Part shown: positions 14,701 through 27,532 of the stretch, piece by piece | Numbering within the stretch: the stretch's first letter is position 1 | Layout of the letters: the number at the start of each line of letters is the position of its first letter | Assembly (NCBI GenBank): GCA_030704615.1 | Contig: CM060733.1 | Coordinates: forward strand, 61,256,001 to 61,320,000 | DNA length: 64,000 nt | From: Takakia lepidozioides | Taxonomy: Eukaryota > Plantae > Bryophyta | Direction of reading: 5' to 3' | Program-made: the position numbers and the translations under genes | Notes under the pieces: generated by a model | Seen by the model: only the letters and a program-made list of their open reading frames with translations | Databases searched by the model: none | What the model was told of the DNA's origin: nothing

Positions 14701-16062
14701 TCCGCCCAGGAGCAAATCCTTGTGGGCGTTCTCTGGGAGGATTCTCCTGCAAACGTGAGGAGATCTCCTGCAGTGCTTTCTTGACAACCAAAGCATCCCC
14801 GGACACCTGCAGGCGTATAAAAGATGTTATGATACTGAGAAGTCATATCTCAAAGGACTTAATGACTCCTGGTCACCATTTCAAATACCACAGCTTTGAT
14901 TGCTTCAGCTGGGAAGTTGCTGTGTGTAAGAAACCATGGCCTCGCAGCTCTATACTATAACACATAACTACATACTGTACCTTTCTCTCCATTGTGCTCA
15001 TGATTCCACCTGCTTACATCTTTCATTCATATTGTCCCTCAAACCGACACTTTTGGTAAGTGAGAACACAAAATCAACAAGACACCTGTAATCAGAGCTC
15101 TGACAAACATGTCTGAACAAATTCAACGTACCTGGTGTCCTAGACTGGTGAAAAACAGGTCAAACTTCATACTTAGGAGCAACAATGAGCCCCATTTTTC
15201 AGAATTTGTCACTTTGATGGATTGGTGGGAGCGCTGTATTTACAACGAATGTAGTCGCACCTGGAGCGTATGCCCTTCGATGTCATGAGCACTCTAAAAT
15301 AACGCAATGTGTAGACAAAACGAAATTTCACATGCATGTACGTACCTGAACAAGCTCATCAGCAGGTAGAGCACAGCCTGGAAGCTGGTCTTTCGGGAGG
15401 ACACGGATCTGAGCTCCTGTAGCATCTCGCATCTGCTCAATGATCCTGCCCCCCTTTCCCAACAAACACCCAATCTGATTATTTGGCACAATCAGTCGCG
15501 CGGTAAACTGCTGCGCTTGGTCTTCCTCCTCATCTGACCCATGGTTCTCTCCATCTGCGATAATTCTGGCGTGCACCTTGAATAAGGCTTCTTGAGCAGA
15601 AGACAGTTTGTCTTCCTCTGTCGAGAGGCCATCTTTAACTTTTCCATCCCCCAACTTGGAATTTACATCACTTTCTTTCGAACCTCCATCTCTCTCACGA
15701 GATCTGCCTCGGCGGCTGCCCTCTCTTCCTCTCCCTCTCTCACGGTCTCTCTCTGAAGAAGAAATGATTATCACCCTCTCATCCGCTCCTGGGACAGCAT
15801 CTGCAATCTTGATCTTAGCTCCAGACTCCTGTCTCAAGCTTTTGATTATGTTCCCACCTTTGCCTATCACGCTCCCAATCTTTGATACAGGGCACAGGAT
15901 CCGGAACACAGTGTCATCGGATGCAAAAGTTCTGCCAAATTGAGACTCCCGATTAGCCCCCCCCGGATGCCGTGTTTTCTGCCTCCCATTGCGCTCTGAT
16001 ATGTCACCGTCCTGATGTGAGAGTGAGCGTTTCCCACCTGATCCCAAGTAAGCACTGTCCAT
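11748..16062 (-). CDS. Five-KH-domain RNA-binding protein (HEN4/RCF3-like), 7 coding exons: 16062-15346, 14806-14372, 13736-13482, 13325-13047, 12571-12489, 12174-12048, 11900-11748 (682 aa)
   Basis: Five GxxG KH motifs (IGSVIGKGG, IGCLLGKGG, IGSVIGKGG, IGCLLGKGG, VGSIIGRGG); all six introns GT-AG and phase-consistent; ends ..QAFILSGQSASVSS-TAA. Confidence 0.93.
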
Positions 16063-17599
16063 AACTCTCGACGAGTAATGGCAGTGCCAGTGCACTTCAA
16101 GTGAGAATAAAAGGACGTCTATAAAATATCACTGCCAGGGAGACAAATTATGCGTTCTTGCTTTGGGGATCGGGGCAAGAATGGAAGGACATTTACAAAG
16201 AATCCAAGAACGGCGAGTTCCAAAGACGCAGAACACCGCACGAAGAACCAAAAGTAGAAATATCCACACAAAGAGCTGAAGAAAGAACCCAGCTAGACGA
16301 AGCAGTCTAGATTAGACAATAGTTACTATAGAAAATATTGCGATGAGAAGAGGAAAGACGAGCAATTGGAGACGAAACCGAAGCAGCGCGGGAAGGAGAG
16401 CTCAAGCACGCTCTCAGAATGTATGTAAGGCCTTGATTGGGAAAAAAAAGAAATTAAAAGAGATAACTACAGCGAGACGATCAGAGGAGAGAATGGCAGA
16501 GAATCATACAAAGAGCGGGAACGATGGAAGAGCAGAGCAGAGCAGAAACCCAAAGCGATGGTGGAGCAGAGAGTGTGCAACCGATAGTGGGTTGTGGGAG
16601 GGAGGGAGACGGTGTTTTGTTTTGGTTTGTTGTGTGTTTGGTTGGTAGGTGCATCCACCTCACCTTGTCTGTCCGGGCAGGAGTCGAGCGCAGGACGAGG
16701 GACTCGAGAAACAAACAGAGAGGCCTCCGCCGTTCTTGTATCATCATCTCATGGCTAAGCCAATGAGCCCCGTGGAGCAGTTTGGATTGTTTGGAGGTTA
16801 CATGCTCCGTCAAATGAGAACTCCAGCATTGAAGTTTGTGTTGTGGTTCTTAACTTACAGCGAGGGAACACTGAAAGGGGATTATGTTCTGCAAATGCAC
16901 CTTCACACCAGACTCCAGAGATAATGAAAACCACATGAGCCAGCCCGTGGCTTTTAGTGCAGCGGTCTTCAATTGTTCATAATGAATTCATTCTTTTCAC
17001 AAAAGAGGTTAGGCTTTCTTGGCAAGTACATGTCATTCATGATTTATCGGGCTATCCATAGTGGCACTATTACCTGGTTCTCGGGGCGGCACTGGGACAC
17101 CCATCCCCCATTTTGAAAGCAAAAATGCATTATGTGAGGGGTGAAGGGCCAGGCCTATAAGGCCGTTCCGCCGATAGCCGTAGCCCAGAGGCTTCTAATG
17201 GCAGAAGGGACTCAGAGTGGGCCCTTCTGGGCTGTGAAATTGAGTCAGAGGTTTCTGGTGCCACCCGGAAGAGTATTACATCCGAAGGTTCACCGAATGA
17301 CCTTACAGTGCCTTAGTGAAACTGCAATATTGATGATCAAAGAGAAAACTAGGACTTGATTGTACACATTCATTCCAATTTTCCACCATGAGATAGAAGG
17401 GGGGTATCCAAGAGCACGGAAATGCCAGTGTTGAGTGGGGGATTGGTATGGCGTGAGCACAAAAAAAACGCCGGGTGAGTTAGGGTGATATGTATGGCAG
17501 CGGAAATACATATAATAGACGAACATAGGGTCTTTCTGCGTTAATAGGGTCTAAATGGTGTCTAAATATTATCTTAAACATATAGAAAGAGCTTGAAAG

Positions 17600-17890
17600 C
17601 AATGTTTTTCTTTCTGGCGAAAAATCGCCAGATTTCGAACTGAAAACTCTGTCAGCTACTTGTACAAAGGAATTATGGGGGGTAAAATCTGAGATTTTCA
17701 CCAAAAAGCACCGGGAGATAAATTTCAGGAGCCTTATGTTGCCGACGTGGACTAATGAAAACGTGACAACTGGAACATAGCCACTTTTATAACTTTGTCA
17801 CCTCGATATTCTCGCCACATGCACTGGGTGCAATTCATAGGTGGCCCCGCCAGCGATTTTGGAAATATGAAAAAAAAAAAAAAAACACTG
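17600..17890. mobile_element. hAT-type MITE, copy 1
   Basis: TIR CAATGTTTTT...AAAAACACTG; 8-bp TSD CTTGAAAG/CTTGAAAA; shares CTGGCGAAAAATCGCCAGATTTCGA and ATAGCCACTTTT with 21280-21559. Confidence 0.85.
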
Positions 17891-19567
17891 CTTGAAAAGG
17901 AGATACCTATAAAAAAAAAATTAAAAAACCCAATTTCGCCGACGAAACCCAAGTTTCGCTGGCGAAATCCAAGTTGCGCTGGCAAAAACCCAAGATGCGT
18001 TTGCGTTTTGCTAGCGAAATCCATTTTTTGGGTGGTTCTTGGGGATGTTCTACACACAATGTTGTACCAAATGCCACATTGTTCAGCCTTTGAGTTCTTG
18101 CAGATATATTTGTGGGTCTTTGAGTTAAGCTTTGGACAATTAATTTCATAAGTTTTTTCGCTTGCGCACAGTTTTCAGATTGTTTCATATTTATATCGCA
18201 TGAGCGCATTTTGGTTTCACAATTGCATATTCTCCAGATTCTTGGGGAACATAAAGAATATGCCTATGTAAGGAATATAAGGAATATAACCTGCTCATAA
18301 GCTACCCAACCTCGTTGAGTGGAGGTTTGATTCGACCTCAAAAGCCCTGCGGGTCCCAACCTGGATATATATGTATATATGTAGATCTGAAGGAGGTCAA
18401 AAAATGTGATATCCGCCTCTGTTAGGAACCGCTGGATATAAGACCTGAGATAACCGCTACCAGTTGACAACCGGTTCTTTTGTAATTTTTTGGTGTTTGA
18501 TTTGATCCGGAATTGGTGGGCCAAAGAAGCAGGTTATGAACCCTTTATCCGGCATTTAGAACATGAGGTTACAATATGGATAGTAAGAGGTTATTGGATT
18601 CACCCATAGCTGATGAGGGAGGTAACAAGTTGGCCCTCTCTTCATTCCATTTTAAGATTATTTTAAATATATTATCTTTTTGAATTTTGATAGTTTTATC
18701 TCCTTCACGGAAACTTGGGCTTTTGATAATCAGATAATGAACCACCGGAGGCCATGCAGACATAAAGTCCATTTGTTCATAACCATATAGGCTTAAAATT
18801 TGTATTCGTTGCCAACTGGCAAGATATTAAAAGCTCCAAAACCTTAGAACCGGGAGATTTCAACGTAAACTTAAAGTTAGACATCCATAACCCGCTGATA
18901 TCAAAATATTTGCGCAACACTGAAAGAAACCCATGGGATTATCTACGGTTATAGGGGTAATATGTTTGCAAACCGAAATACATAGGCATTACATGGATTT
19001 TGGATATGTTTTAAGCAGATAAAAAAATCTACTTAAAATTATTTGAAAGGAAAAACTTAAAACTGTCGTACTGAAAATAAAGAAAAATAAGTTCGTACCA
19101 AAATTTTATTTCCATTTATTATTGTTATTAGTTTTTGATGGAGATCTCATGCAAAGTATTTAGTGTAGAACTACTCTCACGTAAGCACTAACAAATTTGA
19201 AATAGTTTCACAGTTTTTCTAACAAACAGTTTCGTTTCGCCATAATATATTCTCATAAGGCTATAAAAACCAGTATTCATATGTAACGATATAAGTACCA
19301 ACATAGTGAGGTATGAATTTTTCCTCCATCTATTAATTTTCATATGAGATGTTTTTGTTTGATAATTTAGAATATGCAGAGAAAGTGTGTGTATGTGTCT
19401 ATTACATAGCATGTCAAAGCTAAACAAGGAAACATCAAACACATTGTGCTATGTTTGCCTTCATTTAACGACGTCAAACAACTTAATTTAGGCACGATCA
19501 AACTGTCTCTACCCAGATCTGTCTCCATATCCTCCTTTACATATCCTAGCTAGGAAACCAGTTTTAA

Positions 19568-20316
19568 CCCCTAAACAATGAAGCGTCGCTTCAGTCGTCC
19601 ACCAGGTCCACCTCCCTTGGATGTGAGTGGATGGAGGTGGGTCTTGATTGAGGGGGTAAGGAGAATCACACATGCAAATTTAAAGCACCATGAAATATTA
19701 AAAGCTCTACTCCCTAGAATTTTTCAAAGTGCAAATTCTTGCCTGTGGCAGGCCAAATGAGGAATCTTGAAAACAACATCTAAGGCTCAAATTTTATCAA
19801 AATGCCAAATGTTTCTGACAAGGCACTATGCAATGTTAGTGTGCACTTAGTTACCAGACGAATTAGAAAACAAAAATCATGTCATGGCTCTACTTGGGTA
19901 AGAAGCCAAACCATGATGATTTACCCCCCAGATTTCACATACAAAGCACCCCCCCCAAATTTTTGGCAGATTCACCTGGAATTTGGTGTGAGGGTTTGGG
20001 ATGCAGCACTACACTAGAATATGGCATTTTTTCTCCCAAAAGTTTTTTGCAACATTGATTTTTTGCTTGGTCAAACATGAAGTTTTGGTTTTTTGTTTTC
20101 ATTTTTCAGAAAATGCACTATTTTCAATTGTTATAATCTCCCAAACAAAACGGTGGAATCTCCCCAAATTTGGGGTGCTTGTGCATCTGGTAGGTAGGTA
20201 TGACTTTGTATGGTTCATCCACATGGATGAAACAGGGGTAGGCAGCTATAGGCTGACGTGTGAGGGTGGTCCCGGTTTTGTCCCAAAATCCAAAAACAGG
20301 TCTCGTCGCTTAGGGT
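19568..20316. mobile_element. Candidate non-autonomous piggyBac-like TIR element
   Basis: TTAA (19564-19567) CCCCTAAACAATGA ... TCGTCGCTTAGGGT TTAA (20317-20320); TIR mismatches are mostly G>A/C>T transitions. Confidence 0.4.
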
Positions 20317-21279
20317 TTAAGGTCTACTAAGTGGCAATCGCATACACACTAGGGAGGGCCTTCTCATTACCAGATTTACCTCCTTAGTTTCATATCATAG
20401 GAAACAACAGTAGAAGTAGGAAAAACACAAGTGTATCCTTAAAAATAAGTCATTTCCATGTACTAGGTACAAGCTCATAAATCCATCAAAGCCACGGAGC
20501 AAGAACAACAATAGTATACATACAAACAAATTTGAGGTTTGAAAGAGGAAACCTCACTCCTTTGGGAGCCCTTCATCTCCTCCCCCAAGAGAGATAGAGA
20601 AGACTCCGGCCGAAGCTGTCGTAACCAAGAGCCACTTCACCTTGCGGCTACTGCCCCCTTCAGGGGTGGGCCCTATAAATATAGACTATGTCTTGTGGGA
20701 CACCAGGTAGCCGAAGGTAGAGAGGTACCAATGGTACCCTGGGATACCCCGGGATACCTAGGGTACCGGCGTAGAGTTGGATTCCAGTTGCTTAATAATA
20801 GCTGTGAGGGTTTGGACCTACTCCCCCAAATCATAATAAGGAAAGAGTTTTGGAGTGGAGGGAGTAGTTCAAACTTGACAATTTCACTTCTTCTCATAGT
20901 AGATTTAAGGTTTTGAAAGCAAAAAACAAAGAAGAAAGAGATTGTCTCATCACTCTTAAAGAATCTTCATCTTCAAATTGCCTATGAAATATGATTTTAT
21001 GCTGATATGTGATTGTGGGGATGATTGGACATTTTGAACAGGTATTACTCACATTGACAATCTCGAGATTTGAAAAGGTATTACTTACATAATCATGAGT
21101 ATTTGAGATTGGAACATGTATTACTCATATAACCATATGGAGATTTGTTACAATTATCATGCAATCTATGACACATTGTCAACGAAGGATGAGGCTTGTC
21201 AATGGATTTATTTAAAGCCCATTTTTTTTTTCCACTATGTGACTGGGATGATCAGTTGGAGTTTAAGTGTAGTCCACAT

Positions 21280-21559
21280 CTGTGTTTTTTAATCTGGCGA
21301 AAAATCGCCAGATTTCGACCTGGAAAAAGGGTCAGCTATTTTTAATAAGGAATTACGGGAGTAAAAATTTAACAAAACGCCATAAAGCGCCAATGGTCAA
21401 ATATCATGAGCCAGATTTGTCCTACGTGTACCTATTAAAATATGACACCTGTAATATAGCCACTTTTTCTAACTAGGTCACCTTGTTAGTCTCGCCATAT
21501 GGGTAGAATCTATATGTCGCCCTGCCTGCGATTTTCGAAAAGTGAAAAAAAAAACATTG
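21280..21559. mobile_element. hAT-type MITE, copy 2
   Basis: TIR CTGTGTTTTT...AAAAACATTG; perfect 8-bp TSD GTCCACAT (21272-21279, 21560-21567). Confidence 0.88.
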
Positions 21560-23619
21560 GTCCACATCATTTTACGATTTTACTGTGTAACAAAATACCA
21601 CTATTGTTGTCGTCTGGGATGACATATGTACATCTGGCCAATATGTGAATGTAGCAGGTTCTGAGAAAGATATGACTAACTATTGGATCCAATCCTTATC
21701 GAGGAGTGTGAATCTAAAACCTGGTTTTGTTTGTATTCGTATAGTTTAATATAGGTAGATCGAACTGCTATTCTGGATTGTTAGCAAAATTGCTTTGTGA
21801 GCAAATGAAAATGACATGATGTAGCTACGTTTATCCATATTATCAGGGGATTAGAAGTTGATAGCTGTAGATAGTTTTGGTAGCTTTAATTGGGCAGAAC
21901 TATTGATGTCAAATCCATGGTTATGGGGGAGATATGTTTGCGAACAGAAATAGAATTCATACACGCACATAGGATATTGTTACATTAATAGCGTCAGTTA
22001 CATGGTCTATCAGTATATTTAAACTAAAACCCTATGTAAAACACAAGTATTGAATAGCGAAACACTGAGTTTATATTAAAAACTTATAAATAGGTGTCCT
22101 AGAGGTCATTTTTTTCTCTTTGTAATTCTCGGACATTTGGGTCCATTATCTGTAGAGTTTTGAGGCTAATGTCCATCTTCTCTAAAAAAAAAACAATATT
22201 TCATCACCGAAACTAATTCAAAGTACGTGCTCACACGAGCACAAACAGTTTCGTTTGCGAAAATAATTTCAAAAGAGAATATCAGAATATATATATATTT
22301 CATTGAAACTAATTCAAAACCTGTGCTCAAATGACACAAACAGTTTCGTTTGCGAAATAATTCCAAAAGAGAATATCAGGAAAAAAAAAAAACTCAAAAA
22401 ACTAAAAGAAAAACTAAAAGAAAAAAGATATTTCTTGCGTGAGCACGAAAATTTCAGTAATTTCGCATTTGAGTGGGGTGAGCGTATTCTCCTTTCGTTG
22501 TAGCATATTCATAGAATATTTTGAGAATCTATGGAATTTGCCTATCTGCTCACGTAAGCAGGTTCATGCCGACGTGAGTCTGTGCACGCTATCCAACCTC
22601 ATTCCATCCTTGGCTGAGGAGGGGTCAAATTTTGCAAGGAGGGCTCGGGCCTCCACCCTGACAATTTATCCGCACGGAATACCCCAAATTTTATTTATTT
22701 TTCCTTCCGTCAATTAACAAATCAGTAGATTTTCGAAGCGTAGTAGATGAGTTAGTTTAGCTTCCAAGTCCAGGGTCACATTCTAAATGTGCATTTTAGG
22801 TGGACAACCAAGTTGTAGCCCAGTGGTAATGGGCACATACCACCTTGGAAGTAGAATCCACCGATTGGTTCACAAAGGTGTACACCTTCGTAGCGGAAGG
22901 CACTAACCCTTCGGGGTGAAGAGACACCATAATTTATGCTTTCTTTGGGAGGCGTCAAATATTAAAAATATTGTTATTGCATTTTAAGTCAAGGCACGAA
23001 GAGGTAAATTTTCAGTAGGGAAAAGAAAAACAAGCCGCAAGCCGCGAGAGGCTCCGTCCCTTGAAGCAACAATTTTGACAAGCTGCCACGTGGTTTATAC
23101 TTCAGAGTTTTTTTAGACCAATCATACTCTTGACACGTTGTAAGGTCCGTTGACCACATTTCCTCCATTGACTTCAACATGATGCAAAGTTTCTGTCCTT
23201 AAGGGACAGAGCCAACAAAGATGTGAAATAGTGTTTATCTTTTAATGAATAAAACGCTAGGTCTGCTAGGCCAGGGGCTTACCTCATATTAGCTCCCCAT
23301 CTTTCAGTGTACGCACGGAGTTTCATCCCTTGGGAAAGTTTTCTCCATGTTGTGTTTATAGTTCGTCCCTTGCCCGTTGTGGTGTCTGCTTTATGGCCCT
23401 TTGGGGTTTATTTTTTACCCCTTATTAATAAAATTATGAGGGCTTCATCCCCTCTTTATTAAAAAAAAAAAATGGGAGACAGTTACCCTCTCATTTTTGA
23501 ATAATTGGGAGTTTGTGTCGCGCGTGTGGGACAGGGCGTGCACGGCCGCACGGACGCGGGGTCGCCCTCCCCTGCCCCCTCGCCCCGCCCACCCCCACCT
23601 GCCAACCGCGCAGCGCGGT

Positions 23620-24603
23620 TGTTAGAGGGTTGCTTGGGACTTTAACGCTTATACGAGTTCTGTGGGGTACCCTTAATTTTTACACAGACTGAGACCAACA
23701 GGAGCCTTAGGGGTGACAGCAGCACGCTTTAGGGGGGGGGGTTACACAGCCCGACACAGCCCGTCACAGCCAACACAGCCCGACACAGCCCGCCACAGCC
23801 AGTCACAGCCAACACAGCCCGTCACAGTCAGTCACAGCTAACACAGCCCGACAAAGCCGCCACAGCTTCGCACAGCCCGACTCGGCCCGACACAGCCAGT
23901 CACAGCCCGTCACAGCGTCACACAGCCCAACGCAGTTTTGCACAGTTGTCACAGTACAGGGGGGAACGGTTAACATGGACAGGGAACGACTGTGTGGGAA
24001 CGACATCTGGAGAGGGAATATGTTACTTCAAGGGTGACGGTTAGTTAGCAAGGCGGTTAGAACAGCTTGTAGGTAGATAAAGCCAAGAGCGGGGACTTTT
24101 TGGGGGATCACTTCTTGGATCACTTCTTAGACATCAGGGGAGAAGGTCAGACGGAGGGCACGATCTTGGAACTCAGGGATGATGATTACGTAGAAGAGGA
24201 GATGATGACTTGATGGGGGTTTATTTCATATAGAGCTGTAGTGATACTGTAGGGCGGATTAGAGTCACCTTGACATTGGCCTAGTACCTGATAAATCGTA
24301 ATCTGATACTTATTTGATACAAGCACACTGTATAGAGAGACATGAGTGAAGCTGTGGAATGAATGCATGATTAATTGGAACTAAGAAGATACTGAAGCAA
24401 TCTGATGCTTCAGTATCAAATAAGGTAAATTGATAACATGAAGGCAAGAAGGAATACAAATGGGAAGCACAACCATGATTCACTAGCTGCATGTCATGAC
24501 TGATTGTACTGAGCGGGCTGAGTGCTTAGAGATATCCAACTCTTCTATCTTGGAGTTTCCACCTCGGATAGCGAAGGGATGGGTGAGTAAAAGCCGCTCG
24601 ACA
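23620..24603 (+). repeat. 5' LTR (984 bp)
   Basis: TGTTAGAGGG...GCCGCTCGACA, highly similar to 45174-46224; contains a CACAGC-type short repeat array at about 23744-23935. Confidence 0.96.
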
Positions 24604-24605
24604 TT

Positions 24606-24623
24606 TGGCGATCATACTGGGGA
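24606..24623 (+). promoter_or_regulatory. Primer-binding site (tRNA-Arg-like)
   Basis: TGGCGATCATACTGGGGA two nt after the LTR; resembles the Ogre/Tat tRNA-Arg PBS. tRNA identity is inferred. Confidence 0.7.
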
Positions 24624-24629
24624 ACTAAG

Positions 24630-25191
24630 TCATGAACAACCAGATGTGACAGGCATCTGGTGGGATCATGGTGGATGGAGAATTAAAGAATTTGATGTGA
24701 ATCAAATTCCCTGTGAAACTGAGAAAGAAAGATTGTCCAAACAATTCTTTCAGAGGTTCTTGGAATTGTCAGACGGTTGTAACGAAAACATTCTTAATAG
24801 AGTGCATGATGCTGACCCTGAGTGGGGTCTGGAGAAAGGGGTGATAAAGATTTATCAGGTGGCCTGTAGAGGAAGAGCACGTTGGTTACCAACACTGGTT
24901 TATTTGATAGCATTGCTATCCATTAAGTGAATAGAGTTTGAAGGCTGGGAGGAAAGGAAGGTGAATGTTTATACTCATATTCATGAAGAGCTTGTACTGG
25001 TAAAGAATTGGATTCCAAAGGATATTTTGTGGATCAAACTCACACCAAGAACAGCTTTCCAGACTTGTTTGTCATATGGTTATATGGTAACGGAGACTTC
25101 TAGTATAGCCAAGGGTGCATTGAAGCTTGAAAGAAACCCAGGCATATACGAGAGATACTACAGAAGAGAGTTTTGGTTATTGCCACATTAA
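24630..25191 (+). pseudogene. Extra ORF upstream of gag, unknown function
   Basis: ORFs 24496-24930 and 24961-25191 are in the same frame, separated by one TGA; they lie between PBS and gag. Confidence 0.5.
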
Positions 25192-25211
25192 GGAAATGAA
25201 AGACATGGGAC

Positions 25212-27532
25212 ATGAGTGATGAAAGAGAAGCTAGACTCCAGAGATATTCAGCAAAAAGAGAAAGTTATCTGAAAGCTAATTATCCATATCTTTGGGAGAG
25301 AGGAATAGACATAGGGGAATCATCTGGACCTCTCACACCATTAAGATCAGAGAGTACATCACCCATACCAGAAGAACTAGAGTTGGATGCCACTCCTTTT
25401 TTTCTTTGCAAGAAAGGTTAAGGGAATTGGTACGGGAAGAAGATCAACCACGAGGTGAAAGATCTGAGGTACATCCCTGGATAAAAGATTTGACAGAAAT
25501 CTTTGATAAGAGTTGGCATGGAACACCAAAAGCAGGAACTCCAGTTTCTGAAACGGAAGGTGAAGAAGGAGGAGAGGATGTGGCAGAGCCAACGGAGAGT
25601 TCAGACTCTCCAACACCATTGCAGTTGAGTTACATGAGTGAAGAAGAAACCCAAGGGCAGAACTTGGAGGATGAAAACAGAGAGAAGAAATTGGAAGAGG
25701 AAGAGTATGAAGAAGTAGACCCAACAGCTGAGGTTGAGACTACAACCAGGACATCCCAACCCGTTGGACCTGGATCAAGTGGAGCACTTGGATCACAGGC
25801 CAACGAAGGTGTCGGCTCAGGGGGATCAGACGGGCAGCCTGGATCTGGCTCTGGGGGGACAGGGAATGTGGGAAGTAGTGCAACTGGAGCTGGGAATACT
25901 GTGAATATCGTGGGGCCAGTAGCAGGGAGTACTCAGGGGCCACCACTGGGTGGAAGATCCACCACAACTACAACAGGTCCTCAAGGACCAGTACCAGCAA
26001 GTGGGCCAGCATCTATCAGTGGGCAGAAGATAGGGCCACAGATGGCGTTACAACCAACACGGGCAAAACCACATTTTCCAATATATTCAAGAAAAGAGGA
26101 TCCCGATGTACACATTAGCCAATTTGAGCATATATGTATTGTGAACAATGAGAATGGCGATGATGCCAAGATGAGACTGTTTCCTTGTTCACTTATCAAG
26201 AAAGCAAGTGAATGGTATGCAAGATTCCCTGATAATCATTTCCTAACCTGGAATGGCTTGAATACAGCATTCTAAAATAGGTTCAGGACAAGTAAAACTG
26301 AGGATGAAGTGTATGGAAGTTTACAACAGTTAAAGCAAAAGAAGCATGAAACTGTTGAGGAGTATATGGAAAAAATGGAATTGATGATGAAAAAGTTGGC
26401 TGTTGTACCAGCACCAAGTTTATAGAAGACTTGGTTTGTGAGTGGACTAAGACCAGAGTTGCAAAAGAAAGTGGATATGTTACCCCATAATACAGTGGAG
26501 GAGGCATTTGAAACAGCGAACAGAATTGAGCAATTGGGAATGCTTAGGAGAGAGAAAAGGGATGATGAGGACTCTGAGGATGAGTCGGATGAGGAAGAAG
26601 AGCAAGAGCTGAAAATGAAGAGTAAGAGAAAGGAGAAGTTGAAGAGGGATAACTATGAGAAAAGATTAGAAGAAATCTTGAAGAAGTATGCCACAGAGGC
26701 TGCAACATATTGGAGGAAGGGTGTTTGGTGTGCAAAGTGCCAGAATGAAGGCCATACCACCACTGAATGCCACATGAAGGAGAAACATTGTACTATCTGT
26801 AAGATGAATAACCATTCTACTGAGAATTGTTACTACAACAGAAGGACAGCTGCAAGAGAACCTAGGCAAGTAAGGGTGCATCAAGTGCAGCCCCAGCCAA
26901 GAAGAAACAGTGATCAGGACCACTATGGTAGGCCTGGTGGTTATAACAATGGGATGGAAGGGAGAGGTAATCCAAGAGGGAATTACCAAGGAAATTCCAA
27001 GGGCAACTATCAGGGTAATCCAAGGGGGAATTACCAGCCAGGGAATCAGGATTACAGAAATAATCCTAGAGCAGACCAAGGGCGAGGACCCAATGGTGAA
27101 GAACTGTGTTACTATTGTAATCAGGCAGGACATCGCAAGGCAGCCTGTTCATTCTGGATTAGACACCAGAATGAGATGAGAGCTCCTATGAATGAGGGCC
27201 CAGTGGTGACAGCTCACATGGTTAGGCCATGTGTTGTACCAGAAGTAAGTACAATGATAGTAACGAGAAGCAAAGCCAAACTAATACCTCCAGTAGTTGA
27301 GGAAGATGATGATAATGAAGATGGCAGTGGTGTGCCTGAAGATGATGAGACTTGGAGGGATGAGAAGGAACTGCACAAGGAAGTGGCAGATACCATAAGG
27401 GAAATGCAGAAGAGTACTGATATTCCTATGGCAGATTCCTCTGATTCTGATGGAGAAGAAGAAGTGAGTGAGGATGAAAGGAAGAAAGAAGCTGCGACAT
27501 GCAGAGTAATGAAGGGACTTTGGCTGAAGTAA
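25212..27532 (+). pseudogene. gag with three CCHC zinc knuckles
   Basis: Retrotransposon gag core (KEDPDVHISQFE..MRLFPCSL..ASEWY..TWNGL); knuckles CAKCQNEGHTTTEC, CTICKMNNHSTENC, CYYCNQAGHRKAAC; in-frame stops and a frameshift. Confidence 0.9.

Noticed and set aside
20520-20880. Possible solo LTR with TATA box and GGTACCCT/AGGGTACC palindrome
   Set aside because: No TG..CA ends with TSD could be defined.
27499-27532. Programmed -1 gag-pol frameshift
   Set aside because: Frames overlap, but no clear slippery heptamer is visible and the copy carries many random lesions.
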